Source: Candidatus Eiseniibacteriota bacterium (GTDB lineage: Bacteria; Eisenbacteria; RBG-16-71-46). From it: a DNA stretch of 64,000 nt. Made by a program: the position numbers and the translations under genes. The DNA lies in assembly GCA_016710095.1 (NCBI GenBank), contig JADJLL010000007.1, positions 41,122 to 105,121 of the forward strand. Reading direction: 5' to 3'. Below, in pieces: positions 48,569 through 59,908 of the stretch (position 1 is its first letter; each line of letters starts with the position of its first letter). The notes beneath the pieces were generated by a model that saw only the letters and a program-made list of their open reading frames with translations, was not told the origin of the DNA and searched no databases.

Positions 48569-49557
48569 GCGACACGCACGACGAACTCGACGCGGCCGGC
48601 GTGATCGGCACCGAACCCGAGTCGGCTTACGAGCCGACGGACGGGGAGGGCGTCGTCGTGGCCGAGGCCGAAGCACCGGGGTCCGTGGAGCGGCGAGCCG
48701 CGAGATTGCCGGACGCCGCAGGCGCCGGAGCCGCCGGCGGACGCGCGTCGAGCCCCGCCGCGCGTCAGCGCGAAGGCGACGCGCTCGTGCGCGCGCCGCG
48801 CGCCAGCGTGAACATCAAGCTCGAGCGCTTCGAAGGCCCGCTCGACCTGTTGCTTCACCTGATCAAGCGCGACGAAGTCGACATCCACGACATCCCGATT
48901 GCGCACATCACTCAGCAGTACCTCGAGTACATCGAGCTCATGCGCCAGCTCGACCTCGACGTGGCCGGCGAGTTCATCGTCATGGCCGCGACGCTGATGC
49001 GCATCAAGGCAAAGATGCTGCTCCCCGTCCCGAAGGTGGACGAGGAAGAGGACGAAGGCGATCCGCGCGACGAGCTCGTCCAGCGCCTGATCGAATACCG
49101 TCTCTACAAGGAAGCGTCCGAAACGCTGAAGTCGCAGGAAGCGGTGCGCCGGTCCATCTTCGAGCGCGGCATGGTGCCGACCGAGGACGACGCGGGCCCG
49201 CTGCCGCTGGCGCCGGCGACGCTCTTCGACCTCATCGACGCGCTCAACCGCGTCATGGCGCGCAAGCCGGAGCGCGTCGTCTACGAAGTGCGGACCGAGC
49301 TGTTCGACATCGAGGACAAGATGTCGCTCATCTACCGGACCGTCTGCGAAGGCGGCCGCCTGCACTTCTCGTCGATCATGAGCCAGGCACGAGCCCGCAT
49401 GGAAGTCGTGGTCTCGTTCATGGCGCTCCTCGAACTCGTGAAGCTCGGCCAGGTGATCGTCATCCAGGACGAGAACTTCGCCGACATCCTCATCATGCCG
49501 AAGCAGCCGGAAGGGAACGACACCGATGCCTCCGTCGAACCTGCGATCGGCGGTTGA
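48565..49557 (+). CDS. scpA: segregation and condensation protein A (kleisin), possibly with ~80-aa low-complexity N-terminal extension
   Basis: Conserved ScpA N-terminus …VNIKLERFEGPLDLLLHLIKRDEVDIHDIPIAHI…. GTG at 48565 has a GGAG RBS and GTGA overlap with trpS. Alternative internal GTG at 48808 would give a canonical-length protein. Confidence 0.8.
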   Translation: MSDTHDELDAAGVIGTEPESAYEPTDGEGVVVAEAEAPGSVERRAARLPDAAGAGAAGGRASSPAARQREGDALVRAPRASVNIKLERFEGPLDLLLHLIKRDEVDIHDIPIAHITQQYLEYIELMRQLDLDVAGEFIVMAATLMRIKAKMLLPVPKVDEEEDEGDPRDELVQRLIEYRLYKEASETLKSQEAVRRSIFERGMVPTEDDAGPLPLAPATLFDLIDALNRVMARKPERVVYEVRTELFDIEDKMSLIYRTVCEGGRLHFSSIMSQARARMEVVVSFMALLELVKLGQVIVIQDENFADILIMPKQPEGNDTDASVEPAIGG

Positions 49558-50686
49558 AGCGCTGCTGTTCTCGTCGGACCAGCCGGTGACGCTGGTCCTC
49601 CTGAGTGACGCGCTCGAATCGCCCGCCGAAGATGTGACCGCCGCCCTGCAGTCGCTGGGCGAGGAATATTCGTCGCGCTCCGCGGGAGTCGAGCTGCGCG
49701 AGATGGCCGGCGGCTGGGTGTTCACGACGGCGCCCGAGCAGAACGAGTGGGTCACGCGCATGCTGCGCGGCAAGCGCAAGATGCGCCTCTCGCGCGCCGC
49801 GCTCGAGACCATGGCGATCATCGCGTACAAGCAGCCGGTCACGAAGAGCGAGGTCGAGGCGATCCGTGGCGTCGACGCGAGCGGTGTGCTCGCGACGCTG
49901 CTCGAGCGCAACCTCGTCACGATCAAGGGCCGCTCGACCGTCGTCGGCCGCCCGCTGCTCTACGGCACCACCGACGAGTTCCTGAACTACTTCGGCCTGC
50001 GTGACCTGTCCGAGCTGCCGCGTCCGGAGGAACTCCGTGCGCTGGTCGCCGCGCGCGAGCCCGAGCAGATGGAAATGATGGAGCTCGATCCCACGAGCGG
50101 CATGCCGCTCGCGCTGCCCGAAGGCGCCGAAGGCGTCGCTGCCGCGGCCGTCGCTGGCGAGCCCGACGCGCAGGCGCTGCTGGACGCGCCGGCCGAGGGC
50201 GCCGAGGCCTCCGCGGAAGAAGACGTCGAGGAGCTCGAGGCCGCGTCGGAAGACGAGGACGAGTTCGAAGACGACGATGACGACGACGAGTACGACGACG
50301 ACGAAGACGGCGACGACGACGAGGAAGAAGAGGAAGAAGAAGCACAGCTCTCGGACGAAGAGGCCGACGAGCGCTTCTCCATCGAAGACGCCGACGCCGC
50401 CATCGCCGCGGCCAACGCCGCGCGCGGCGAAGCCGTGCTCGCGATGGCGACGGACATGGACTCGGCTCGCGCCGACTTCGCCGGTCCCGGCGACGACGAA
50501 GACGACGACGACGAGGACTCGGACGACGACGAACTCGAAGATGACGACGAGTTCGAAGGCGACGACGACGACGACGAGTTCGACGATTCGTACGACGATG
50601 ACGACGACGAAGAAGACGACGACGAGGATGAGGACGAAGACGACGATCGTCCCCACGCCTCGCTGACCGATCCCGAGGGCGTTTGA
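49526..50686 (+). CDS. scpB: segregation and condensation protein B with ~200-aa poly-Asp/Glu C-terminal tail
   Basis: ScpB winged-helix N-terminus (MPPSNLRSAVEALLFSSDQPVTL…), then a D/E-rich low-complexity tail (…DDDDDDEYDDDEDGDDDEEEEEEE…). Overlaps the scpA 3' end by 32 nt. Confidence 0.8.
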   Translation: MPPSNLRSAVEALLFSSDQPVTLVLLSDALESPAEDVTAALQSLGEEYSSRSAGVELREMAGGWVFTTAPEQNEWVTRMLRGKRKMRLSRAALETMAIIAYKQPVTKSEVEAIRGVDASGVLATLLERNLVTIKGRSTVVGRPLLYGTTDEFLNYFGLRDLSELPRPEELRALVAAREPEQMEMMELDPTSGMPLALPEGAEGVAAAAVAGEPDAQALLDAPAEGAEASAEEDVEELEAASEDEDEFEDDDDDDEYDDDEDGDDDEEEEEEEAQLSDEEADERFSIEDADAAIAAANAARGEAVLAMATDMDSARADFAGPGDDEDDDDEDSDDDELEDDDEFEGDDDDDEFDDSYDDDDDEEDDDEDEDEDDDRPHASLTDPEGV

Positions 50687-50711
50687 GCGGCAGCACGCCG
50701 CTCGCCGCCGC

Positions 50712-51221
50712 GTGACGCGCATGACCCGGACAGCGGATCACTGGATCCGCACGCTGGCCTTGCAGCCGCATCCCGAAGGGGGATGCTTCCGCGAGACGTG
50801 GCGCAGCCCCGAGCGCGCGGAAGCGGTGGGGCTGCCGGAGCGTTTCGCCGGACCGCGCTCGCTCGGCACGTCCATCTTCTACCTGCTGCGTTCGGGCGAG
50901 CGTTCGCGCCTGCACCGGCTGCTCGCCGACGAGGTGTGGCACTTCCACGACGGCGGCGGGCTGCGCCTGCACGTCCTGGCGCCCGGCGACGTCTACAGCG
51001 AGCTGAAGCTCGGGCTGGACGTCGAGGCGGGGGAGCTGCCGCAGGTGGTGGTGCCGAACGGCTGCTGGTTCGCGGCCGAGACGGCGCCGGGCGTCGAGTA
51101 CGCGCTGGTGGGATGCGCGGTCGCGCCGGGTTTCGAGTACGGTGATTTCGAATTGGGCGACCGCGAGATGCTGCTCGCCGCCCATCCGCGGCACCAGGAA
51201 TTGGTGCTGCGCTTCACGTGA
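50712..51221 (+). CDS. cupin-fold protein (DUF985-like)
   Basis: Small cupin barrel with conserved HPEGG…H pattern. Annotation by motif only. Confidence 0.55.
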   Translation: MTRMTRTADHWIRTLALQPHPEGGCFRETWRSPERAEAVGLPERFAGPRSLGTSIFYLLRSGERSRLHRLLADEVWHFHDGGGLRLHVLAPGDVYSELKLGLDVEAGELPQVVVPNGCWFAAETAPGVEYALVGCAVAPGFEYGDFELGDREMLLAAHPRHQELVLRFT

Positions 51222-51235
51222 GGCGGGAGAGCGAC

Positions 51236-53467
51236 ATGTCCATCCGTTTGAACAAGCTCATGGCGAATCGCGGTGTCGGTGCGCGACGCAAGTGTGACCT
51301 CCTGATCCAGGAAGGACACGTGCGCGTGAACGGCCGCTTGGTGACCGAGCCCGGCACCACGGTCGAGGAACAGCGCGACCGCGTCGAAGTCAACGGACGG
51401 CCGCTCCCCGGCAAGCAGAAGCTTGGTTACTGGGTGATCAACAAGCCCGTCGGCGTGATCACCACGCTCGACGATCCGCATGGCCGGCCGACCATCGTGT
51501 CGTTCCTGCCGCGTGGCGTGCGGCTGTTCCCGGTCGGGCGTCTCGACGCCGACACGAGCGGCCTGCTGCTGCTCACGAACGACGGCGATCTCGCGCACAA
51601 GCTCATGCATCCGCGCTACGGCGTGAAGAAGTTCTATCGCGTGCGGCTCGATCGCGAGCCCACGAAGGGCCAGCTCGCGAAGCTCGAGCACGGTGTCGAG
51701 TTCGAGCCCGGTGTGGTGAGCGCGCCCGCGCGAGCGAGCCGCATCGATCCCGGTTTCGACGCGATCATGATCGAGGTCGTCATTCACGAAGGCCGCTTCC
51801 GGCAGGTGCGCCGCATGTGCGAAGCCGTCGGGATGCGCGTGATCGGCCTGCACCGCACGGGCTACGGTCCGATCCGTCTCGGGCCCCTTTCGCGCGGCAT
51901 GTTCCGCGAACTGTCCGAGGAAGAAGTCGAGCGCCTGAAGAAGGCGTGCTCGCGTCCGGCGAACCGCGCGGGGTTCGGAGGTGGTGTCGCCGCCGAAGGT
52001 GGCAAGCCCGGCCGCGGCAAGACCGCGGCGTTCGGCGCGCCGCCGGCGAAGCCTCGTCCGCAGGAGGCGCGTCGCGAGATGGCGCCCAGCGAGCCCGAGG
52101 ACGACGACGAGGAGGAGTTCGAGGAAACCTGGATCGCCGGCGGGGGATTCAATCCCGCCGAGGACGACGGGCCGGACGAGGGTGACGCGGCGGAAGCCGT
52201 GTGGCCCGCGCGTGCGGGTGGCCGTCGTGGCGATGCCGGTTTCGCGGCCGACGACGCCCCGAAGAGCGCGAAGGGCGCGAAGGCGCCGAAGGCGCCGAAG
52301 GCGACCAAGTTGCCTTCGCGTGCGGTCGCACCGTCGCGCGCCGTGACGGCGCCGATGAAGCCGCGCGATCGCTCGACCCGTGCCGACGGCGCCATGCCGT
52401 GGCACTCCGACGAGTACCGCCGTGGGCCTGCGGCCCCGTCGAGGGGCGCGGCCGCGGCCGAGCCTGCCGGCGCGGGCAAGGGCCGTCGCGCGCAGAAGCG
52501 CGAGGCCGAGCAGCGCCGCGTGGATCGCGAAGCGGCTCCGCCGGAGTCGCGCGATCGTGCGCGCGCGCTCGAGCGCGTGCGCCTGAAGGGCCAGCGCAAG
52601 TTCGATCGCAAGGAAGGCCGCGAGCGTTCGACGCCGGTCGACGGACCGATCCGTCGCTTCGGCGATCGTCCGGTGCCGGGCCGGTTCAAGCCGCGCGGAG
52701 AAGATCGTCCGGCGCGCACGGGCGGCAGCAACCGTCCCGCGCGCCCGACGGGCGCCGATCGTCCGGTGCGCGCTTCGGTCGGCCGTCCCACGGGACCGCG
52801 CGCGAGCGCGTTCGGTACGCGTGGGGGCGAGGGCCGCGATTTCGGCCAGCGCCGTCCCGAGACTCCGCCGCGTCGCGGGTTCCCGCCGCGTGGTGGTGAC
52901 GATGCGCCGCGCCGTGGCGGCTTCGCGCCGCGCGCCGGCGGTGACGCTCCTCCGCGCCGTGGCGGTTTCGCGCCGCGCGCCGGCGGTGACGCTCCTCCGC
53001 GCCGTGGCGGCTTCGCGCCGCGCGCCGGCGGTGACGCTCCTCCGCGCCGTGGCGGCTTCGCGCCGCGCGCCGGCGGTGACGCTCCTCCGCGCCGTGGCGG
53101 CTTCGCGCCGCGTGGGGACGACGGTCCGCCGCGTCGTGGCGGGACCGTCGGTCGTCCGGCCGGGCGCCCGGCGGCCGGTCGTCCGGCCGGTCCGCGTGGC
53201 ACCACGTCCGCTCCGCGTGGCCGCTTCGGCGCCGTACCCGCACGCCGGGAGGGACCGCCCTCGCGCGGTCCTCGTGCCGGTGGGGACAGCCCGCGTCGTG
53301 GCTCGTTCGGCGCTCCCGATCGTGCCGATCGTGGCGCTGCACCGCGGGGCAAATCCCCCCGTGGCGGCCGTCCGGTTGGGGGCCGTGACGCAGGCAGGCC
53401 CGCGCGTGACGCGGGACCGCGCCCGCGCGCCGGTCGCGACAGCGGTCCGGGGCGTCGTCGCAACTGA
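51236..53467 (+). CDS. rluB: 23S rRNA pseudouridine synthase (RluB/RsuA family: S4 + PseudoU_synth) with ~500-aa disordered Arg/Gly/Pro-rich C-terminal tail containing 15-aa tandem repeats
   Basis: S4 domain (IRLNKLMANRGVGARRKCDLLIQEGHVRVNG). Catalytic GRLDADTSGLLLLTNDG. Tail with PPRRGGFAPRAGGDA x4-5. Confidence 0.8.
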   Translation: MSIRLNKLMANRGVGARRKCDLLIQEGHVRVNGRLVTEPGTTVEEQRDRVEVNGRPLPGKQKLGYWVINKPVGVITTLDDPHGRPTIVSFLPRGVRLFPVGRLDADTSGLLLLTNDGDLAHKLMHPRYGVKKFYRVRLDREPTKGQLAKLEHGVEFEPGVVSAPARASRIDPGFDAIMIEVVIHEGRFRQVRRMCEAVGMRVIGLHRTGYGPIRLGPLSRGMFRELSEEEVERLKKACSRPANRAGFGGGVAAEGGKPGRGKTAAFGAPPAKPRPQEARREMAPSEPEDDDEEEFEETWIAGGGFNPAEDDGPDEGDAAEAVWPARAGGRRGDAGFAADDAPKSAKGAKAPKAPKATKLPSRAVAPSRAVTAPMKPRDRSTRADGAMPWHSDEYRRGPAAPSRGAAAAEPAGAGKGRRAQKREAEQRRVDREAAPPESRDRARALERVRLKGQRKFDRKEGRERSTPVDGPIRRFGDRPVPGRFKPRGEDRPARTGGSNRPARPTGADRPVRASVGRPTGPRASAFGTRGGEGRDFGQRRPETPPRRGFPPRGGDDAPRRGGFAPRAGGDAPPRRGGFAPRAGGDAPPRRGGFAPRAGGDAPPRRGGFAPRAGGDAPPRRGGFAPRGDDGPPRRGGTVGRPAGRPAAGRPAGPRGTTSAPRGRFGAVPARREGPPSRGPRAGGDSPRRGSFGAPDRADRGAAPRGKSPRGGRPVGGRDAGRPARDAGPRPRAGRDSGPGRRRN
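52906..53110 (+). repeat. 45-bp in-frame tandem repeat (~4.4 copies) inside rluB tail
   Basis: ccgcgccgtggcggcttcgcgccgcgcgccggcggtgacgctcct repeated head-to-tail. Encodes PRRGGFAPRAGGDAP. Confidence 0.7.
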
Positions 53468-53743
53468 AACAATGATTGAGGTTGTGGGTTCTCCCGCAAC
53501 CATCGCGCGAACTCCGCGGCGGGCTTCGGCCCGCCGCCCATTCGCGGAACGATTCGTGCGGTAGATCTCATTCGAGTGATACCCACCGGCGGTGCGCACG
53601 ACGTGCCCGTCCTTGATTCCCCTCGCAGGCCTTCCGAGCTCGGACGCTCCCGGCCCATTGCGAGACCCGTGCGCCTCGACCTGTTGAAGAACGCGGAGAA
53701 ACCGGGAACGGCACCGCCCCCTGTCGGGGTAGTGACATCCGTC

Positions 53744-54238
53744 ATGTACGTCCCCGGTGAAGCGAGGGTGGTGCCCTCACCGCGCCGGGCGGGAAACTCC
53801 TGGCGACGCGCGGTGCTGGTGCTGCTGGCCGCGTGCTCGCTGCTCGGGCAGGGCGAACGCTTCCGGGTGGATCCTCGTTTCCGTAGTCCCAGCGCGACGT
53901 TGCTCGCGTACTGGGAGGCGCTGCGTCAGGGCGACGGAGACGGCGCCTACGAGTGTTTCGTCGAAGGCCGCCACGAGCTGCCGATGCCCGGAGCGCTGTG
54001 GTTCCTCCCGCCGACGGACGACCTGTGGCTGGCCGGATTCCGGTCGCTGCCGGTCACCTCGGGCCGTGTCATGGTGACGTACGAGGTGCATTACCGGCCC
54101 AGGGGCTCCGGCGAGGAGCGGATGTTCAAGACGGGTAGCGAGCTCGTTCGCTCGCACGGCGAGTGGCGGATTTCGCAGCCGCTCGGCGAGGTCAGCATGC
54201 CCGAGTGGAAAGGCGTCCCCGGACCGATTGACACGTGA
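53744..54238 (+). CDS. secreted hypothetical protein (NTF2/SnoaL-like fold suspected); start uncertain
   Basis: Signal peptide-like WRRAVLVLLAACSLLGQG. ORF extends upstream to 53576 with no clear RBS. Confidence 0.4.
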   Translation: MYVPGEARVVPSPRRAGNSWRRAVLVLLAACSLLGQGERFRVDPRFRSPSATLLAYWEALRQGDGDGAYECFVEGRHELPMPGALWFLPPTDDLWLAGFRSLPVTSGRVMVTYEVHYRPRGSGEERMFKTGSELVRSHGEWRISQPLGEVSMPEWKGVPGPIDT

Positions 54239-54336
54239 CGAGCCGCACTCCTAACCTGCCGCGCACGAAATCCAAGCCTGCGCGGCAAGCGGGACGGCAT
54301 TTCGATCACACATCCGGAGCCCACACGAGGAACTGC

Positions 54337-55458
54337 ATGACGCGCTTGTTCGCCCGTGTTTTCGCGGTCGCCGCTGTCGCCGCCGTGCTCGCGTCACCCG
54401 CGAGCGCCACCAAGTACGCCGGCGAGTTCATGAAGATCCCGGTCGGCGCGCGCGCCGTGGGCATGGGCAGCGCGTTCACCGCGGTCGCCGACGACGCCAC
54501 CTCGCCGTACTGGAACCCCGCGGGCATGGTGTACCTGCCGTATCGCGAGGCGTTCCTCCAGCACGCCGAGCAGTTCGGCTCGCTCGTCAATCACGACTTC
54601 GGCGGCGTCGTCATGCCGCTCAAGACCACCGAGGATCACCGCGCCGCGATCGGCGTCGCGCTCACCTGGGTGGGCGTCACCGACATTCCGATCACGCCGC
54701 GGCCGGGTGGTCTCGCGCCGGGGCAGTGGCTCGACTACGGCACGGACAACGATCCGAGCACGCCCGACGCGGACGGCACGCAGGGCAACGGCAAGTGGGA
54801 CCGCGGCGAGCGCCTGCTGCTGAGCGCCGAGGACCTCTACATGGCGAGCAGCACCGACCTCGCGCTGCAGGTCTCGTACGCCCAGCAGCGCGGACGGCAC
54901 TGGGCGTTCGGCGGCACGGTGAAGTTCGTCCGCCAGAGCATTCCCGACTCGGTGTTCGCCGAGCACGCGACCAGTTTCGGCGCGGGCCTCGACGCCGGCG
55001 CGATCTACATGGTCAACGATGCCGTCACGCTCTCGGCCGTCATGCACGACCTCACGACCACGTACATCAGCTGGAACAGCGGCGTGCGCGAGTTCGTCGC
55101 GCCGACGATGGTGACCGGCTCGAGCTTCAACTTCTCGCCCGCGCCCAACCAGGCGCTGACGTGGGCGGTGGATCTCGGCTGGAACTTCGAAGGGCGGAAG
55201 TTCGACAGCCAGGTCAAGATGGGCCCGGTCACCGCGGACCTGCACACCGGTCTCGAGTACTGGTATCGCAGCACGCTCGCGCTGCGCAGCGGGCTTTCCG
55301 GCAAGGACCTCACGTTCGGCGCCGGCGTGCGCTACCGCCATTTCGGCGTGGACTACGCTGCGTCGCTCAACCGGTTCTTCGCGGCGGACGACCCGAACTT
55401 CCCGGACGACAAGAACCTCGACGCGACCCATCTCGCATCGGCGTCGTTCAGCTGGTGA
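54337..55458 (+). CDS. FadL/PorV-like outer-membrane beta-barrel protein
   Basis: Signal peptide, then KIPVGARAVGMGSAFTAVADDATSPYWNPAGM (the N-terminal signature of FadL/PorV/UPF0164-type barrels). C-terminal aromatic residue (…SFSW). GAGGAA RBS. Confidence 0.6.
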   Translation: MTRLFARVFAVAAVAAVLASPASATKYAGEFMKIPVGARAVGMGSAFTAVADDATSPYWNPAGMVYLPYREAFLQHAEQFGSLVNHDFGGVVMPLKTTEDHRAAIGVALTWVGVTDIPITPRPGGLAPGQWLDYGTDNDPSTPDADGTQGNGKWDRGERLLLSAEDLYMASSTDLALQVSYAQQRGRHWAFGGTVKFVRQSIPDSVFAEHATSFGAGLDAGAIYMVNDAVTLSAVMHDLTTTYISWNSGVREFVAPTMVTGSSFNFSPAPNQALTWAVDLGWNFEGRKFDSQVKMGPVTADLHTGLEYWYRSTLALRSGLSGKDLTFGAGVRYRHFGVDYAASLNRFFAADDPNFPDDKNLDATHLASASFSW

Positions 55459-55608
55459 GTTGACCGCTTACTCGACGCGCCCGCGAGCCACCCGCTCGCG
55501 GGCGTTCTCGTTTCGGGGCTTCGCCTTGACCGCGCTTCGCGCCAGTCATTAGTGTGCGAGCGCGTGTTTCAGCGGCTTTCCGAACGATCTCAGGGAGAGT
55601 GGTTCGCG

Positions 55609-56865
55609 ATGCGAAACGTGATGGCGTTGATCCTGTCCGGCGGCGGAGGAGAGCGCCTCGGCGTACTCTCGGCCGAGCGCGCGGTGAGTGCCTTGCCGTT
55701 CGGCGGCAAGTATCGCGTCATCGATTTCTCGCTGAGCAACTGCTGCCATTCGGGCATCGGCCAGGTCGGCGTGCTCGCGCAGCATGCGCCGGCTTCGCTC
55801 AACGATCACATCGGCGCGGGACGCCCGTGGGACCTCGACCGCCGCCAGGGCGGCGTCGTCATCCTGCAGCCGTACCAGACGCGCTCTCACGCGGGCTGGT
55901 ACCGCGGAACGGCCGACGCGATCACGCAGAACTGGAGCTACCTCGAGGAGCGCCGTCCCGAGCGAGTGCTCGTGCTGTCGGGCGATCACGTCTATCGCAT
56001 GGACTATCGCGCGCTGTTCCTGGCGCACGAGCAGCGCGGCGCGGCGGTGACGCTCGCCGTGCACGCGGGTGCCGTCCGACCAGACGCGGCGCTTCGGCAT
56101 GGTGACCATGGACCGCGGCGGCCGCGTGCGCACGCTCGAGGAGAAGCCCGAGCGCAGCGCCGCCACGCACGCCTCGATGGGCATCTACGTGTTCGAGTTC
56201 GAAGTGCTCGGCGAAATGCTGCGCACGCGCCCGGTGGATCTCGTGCTCGACGTGCTGCGTCCGCTCGTGGACGCGGGCGAGCGCGTGTACGCGCACGAGT
56301 TCAACGGCTTCTGGGAAGACGTCGGCACCGTGGCGTCGTACTACCGCGCGAGCATGGAACTCGTGCAGCCCGAGCCGCGCTTCCAGCTGCACGACGTTCG
56401 CTGGCCGATCCTCACGCGCGACGAAGAGCGTCCCGCGGCGATCGTCTCGGGCAACGCGCAGATCGAGGACAGCCTGATCGCGAACGGCTGCCGTATCGAT
56501 GGGCAAGTGCAGCGCTCGATCCTGTTCCCGGGCGTCTCGGTCGGACGCGGCGCCACGATCACCGACGCCGTCGTCATGGCGGACACCGTGATCGAGCCGG
56601 ACGCGCGCATCGACCGCGCGCTGCTCGACAAGTACGTGCGTGTGGGAGAGGGCGCGATCGTCGGCGACGGCGAGGAGCGCGGCCCGAGCGAACTGTCGTG
56701 GCTCTCGAACCTCGTGCTCGTGGGCAAGGACGCGTGGATCCCGCCGGGCGGCCGCGTGATGCGCCCCGCGCAACTGGGCGTCGGCGGACGTTACGAAGAC
56801 TTCGTGGACGGTGTCGTGCCTTCGGGCACGCTGGTCGGGAACCGCCGTTGGTTCGAGGAGCTGCG

Positions 56866-56869
<4 letters not shown>
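55609..56869 (+). CDS. glgC: glucose-1-phosphate adenylyltransferase paralog 1, with apparent 1-nt insertion frameshift in a G-run near 56065-56069
   Basis: N-terminal ORF (ALILSGGGGERLGVLSAERAVSALPFGGKYRVIDF…) and ORF 56069..56869 (…RRFGMVTMDRGGRVRTLEEKP…left-handed beta-helix C-terminus) are one GlgC in two frames. Removing one G from GCGGGT gives …TLAVHAVPSDQTRRFG…. Confidence 0.75.
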
Positions 56870-58143
<1,274 letters not shown>

Positions 58144-58219
58144 CGTCCGCACCTCGCCGCAAACGAATCGGCCGGCGCTCCTGAAGGGGAGCGCCGGCCG
58201 AAGTGCTTTCGGTCGAACG

Positions 58220-59908
58220 TCAGACGGGCAGCTTGAGCCGCTGGCCCGAGCGCACGTTGTTCGAGCGCAGGCCATTCGCACGCTTGAGCGCGCTCACCGT
58301 GATGCCGTGCTGCGCCGCGATCTCGGAGAGCGTCTCGCCCTTGCGCACGGTGTGCGTGGTGCGAGCCTTCGAGCCGCGGGAGACGGTGGAGCTGCTCTGC
58401 TTGGTGCGTTCGGCGACCGTCGACTTCTTCATGCCGGGCGCGCGCATCGTGGCGATCTGCGCGCTGTCGGCCGCCGCGGTTTCCGCGTCGAGCCGGCGGA
58501 CCGAGAGACGCTGGCCGGGCTTGAGCACGTCGGACTCGAGCGAGTTCTGCGCGCGCACGTCGTCGGGCGACAGGCCGTAGGTCTGCGAGATGCTCAGCAC
58601 CGTGTCGCCGGGCTTCACGACGTGGCTGATCGCCACCTGCGAGCTGTTGCCCTGGATCTTCGCGGGCAGGCCGATGCGGCGCGACGGCACGTAGTCGGTC
58701 GAGGCGCGAGGATCGGTGCCCGGCTGCACGAGTTCGGGTGTCGAAACGCTCGCGCGCGCAGCGGGGATCGTGACGAGCATGCCGCGCTTGAGCGGCTTCT
58801 TCTTCGTGATGCCGTTGACGCGCGCGAGTTCCTTCGCGTTCACGCCGTACTCCTTGGCGATCGTGCGGAGCGTCTCGTTGCGGCGCACACGGTGGCGCAC
58901 GGTGACGTCGGCCTGCGGCAGCTGCTGGCCGGACTGCATCGCCGCCATGATGATCTCGGACTTGCCCTCGGGCACGCGCAGCGTGGTCACGCCGTCGTTC
59001 CCGCGCACGGCCAGGTTGCGCACGGCGGGGTTGAGCTGCTTCAGCTCTTCCACGGTGCAGCCCGCGAGACGCGCGATCGCGCGCAGGTCCACGGAACCCT
59101 TGAGCGCGATTTCGTCGAAGCGCAGCGGGTCGTCGAGCTCGATCTCGGAGAAGCCGTAGCGCACCGGGTCGCGCGTGATGGCGAGCGCGGCCATGAACTG
59201 CGGCACGTAGTCCTCGGTCTGCTGCGGCAGCTTGAGGTCCCAGTAGTTCGTCGTGCCCTGCTTCTTGATCGCGCGCAGCACGGTGCCTTCGCCGGCGTTG
59301 TAGGACGCCAGCGCGAGCGGCCAGTCGCCGAAGATGCCGTAGAGGTGCTTGAGGTAGCGCGCGGCGGCGACGGTCGCCTTCTCGGGATCCTTGCGCTCGT
59401 CCACCCACTGATTGACGTTGAGGCCGAAGAGCTTGGAGGTGGCCTTCATGAACTGCCACGGGCCCACGGCGGACGCGTACGACTGCGCGTTCACGTTGAA
59501 GCCGCTCTCCACGAACACGAGGTGCACGAGGTCGGGCGGAAGCCCTTCCTTCTGCAGCACGGTGCGGAACAGCTCCATGTACTTGCCCGAGCGCTTCAGC
59601 CAGCGCTCGAAGGTGCTGCGGCCGGCGCCCGTGAAGAACTCGATGTAACGGAGCACGTCCGAGTTCATCTGGAGCGGGATGTCGTCGATCGCGGCCTGGT
59701 TGAGGAGCGCGGCGTCCGCGGAGGTCTCGGCGACTTCCTCGGCGGGCTCGACTTCGGGCACCAGCGTTTCACGCGCGGCGACGGAGTCGCGCGCGGAGGC
59801 ATTCGGCGAAAGGGGGGAGACGTCGGCAGCCCAGAGGCTTCCCGGCAGGCAACCCGCTACGATCACGGCGAGCGTGAAAAATCGCCGGAGGGTCTTGCGG
59901 TCGGTCAT
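58220..59908 (-). CDS. mltD: membrane-bound lytic murein transglycosylase D-like (SLT domain + multiple LysM repeats) lipoprotein
   Basis: Lipobox VAGC. SLT catalytic region (…VESGFNVNAQSYASAVGPWQFM…). At least three LysM repeats (…HRVRRNETLRTIAKEYGV…, …HVVKPGDTVLSISQTYGL…, …HTVRKGETLSEIAAQHGI…). Confidence 0.85.
   Translation of the reverse strand: MTDRKTLRRFFTLAVIVAGCLPGSLWAADVSPLSPNASARDSVAARETLVPEVEPAEEVAETSADAALLNQAAIDDIPLQMNSDVLRYIEFFTGAGRSTFERWLKRSGKYMELFRTVLQKEGLPPDLVHLVFVESGFNVNAQSYASAVGPWQFMKATSKLFGLNVNQWVDERKDPEKATVAAARYLKHLYGIFGDWPLALASYNAGEGTVLRAIKKQGTTNYWDLKLPQQTEDYVPQFMAALAITRDPVRYGFSEIELDDPLRFDEIALKGSVDLRAIARLAGCTVEELKQLNPAVRNLAVRGNDGVTTLRVPEGKSEIIMAAMQSGQQLPQADVTVRHRVRRNETLRTIAKEYGVNAKELARVNGITKKKPLKRGMLVTIPAARASVSTPELVQPGTDPRASTDYVPSRRIGLPAKIQGNSSQVAISHVVKPGDTVLSISQTYGLSPDDVRAQNSLESDVLKPGQRLSVRRLDAETAAADSAQIATMRAPGMKKSTVAERTKQSSSTVSRGSKARTTHTVRKGETLSEIAAQHGITVSALKRANGLRSNNVRSGQRLKLPV

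Noticed and set aside
52906-53110. Regular 45-bp direct repeats that might be a CRISPR array
   Set aside because: The repeats are contiguous with no spacers and in-frame within rluB, encoding PRRGGFAPRAGGDAP. They are a coding tandem repeat.
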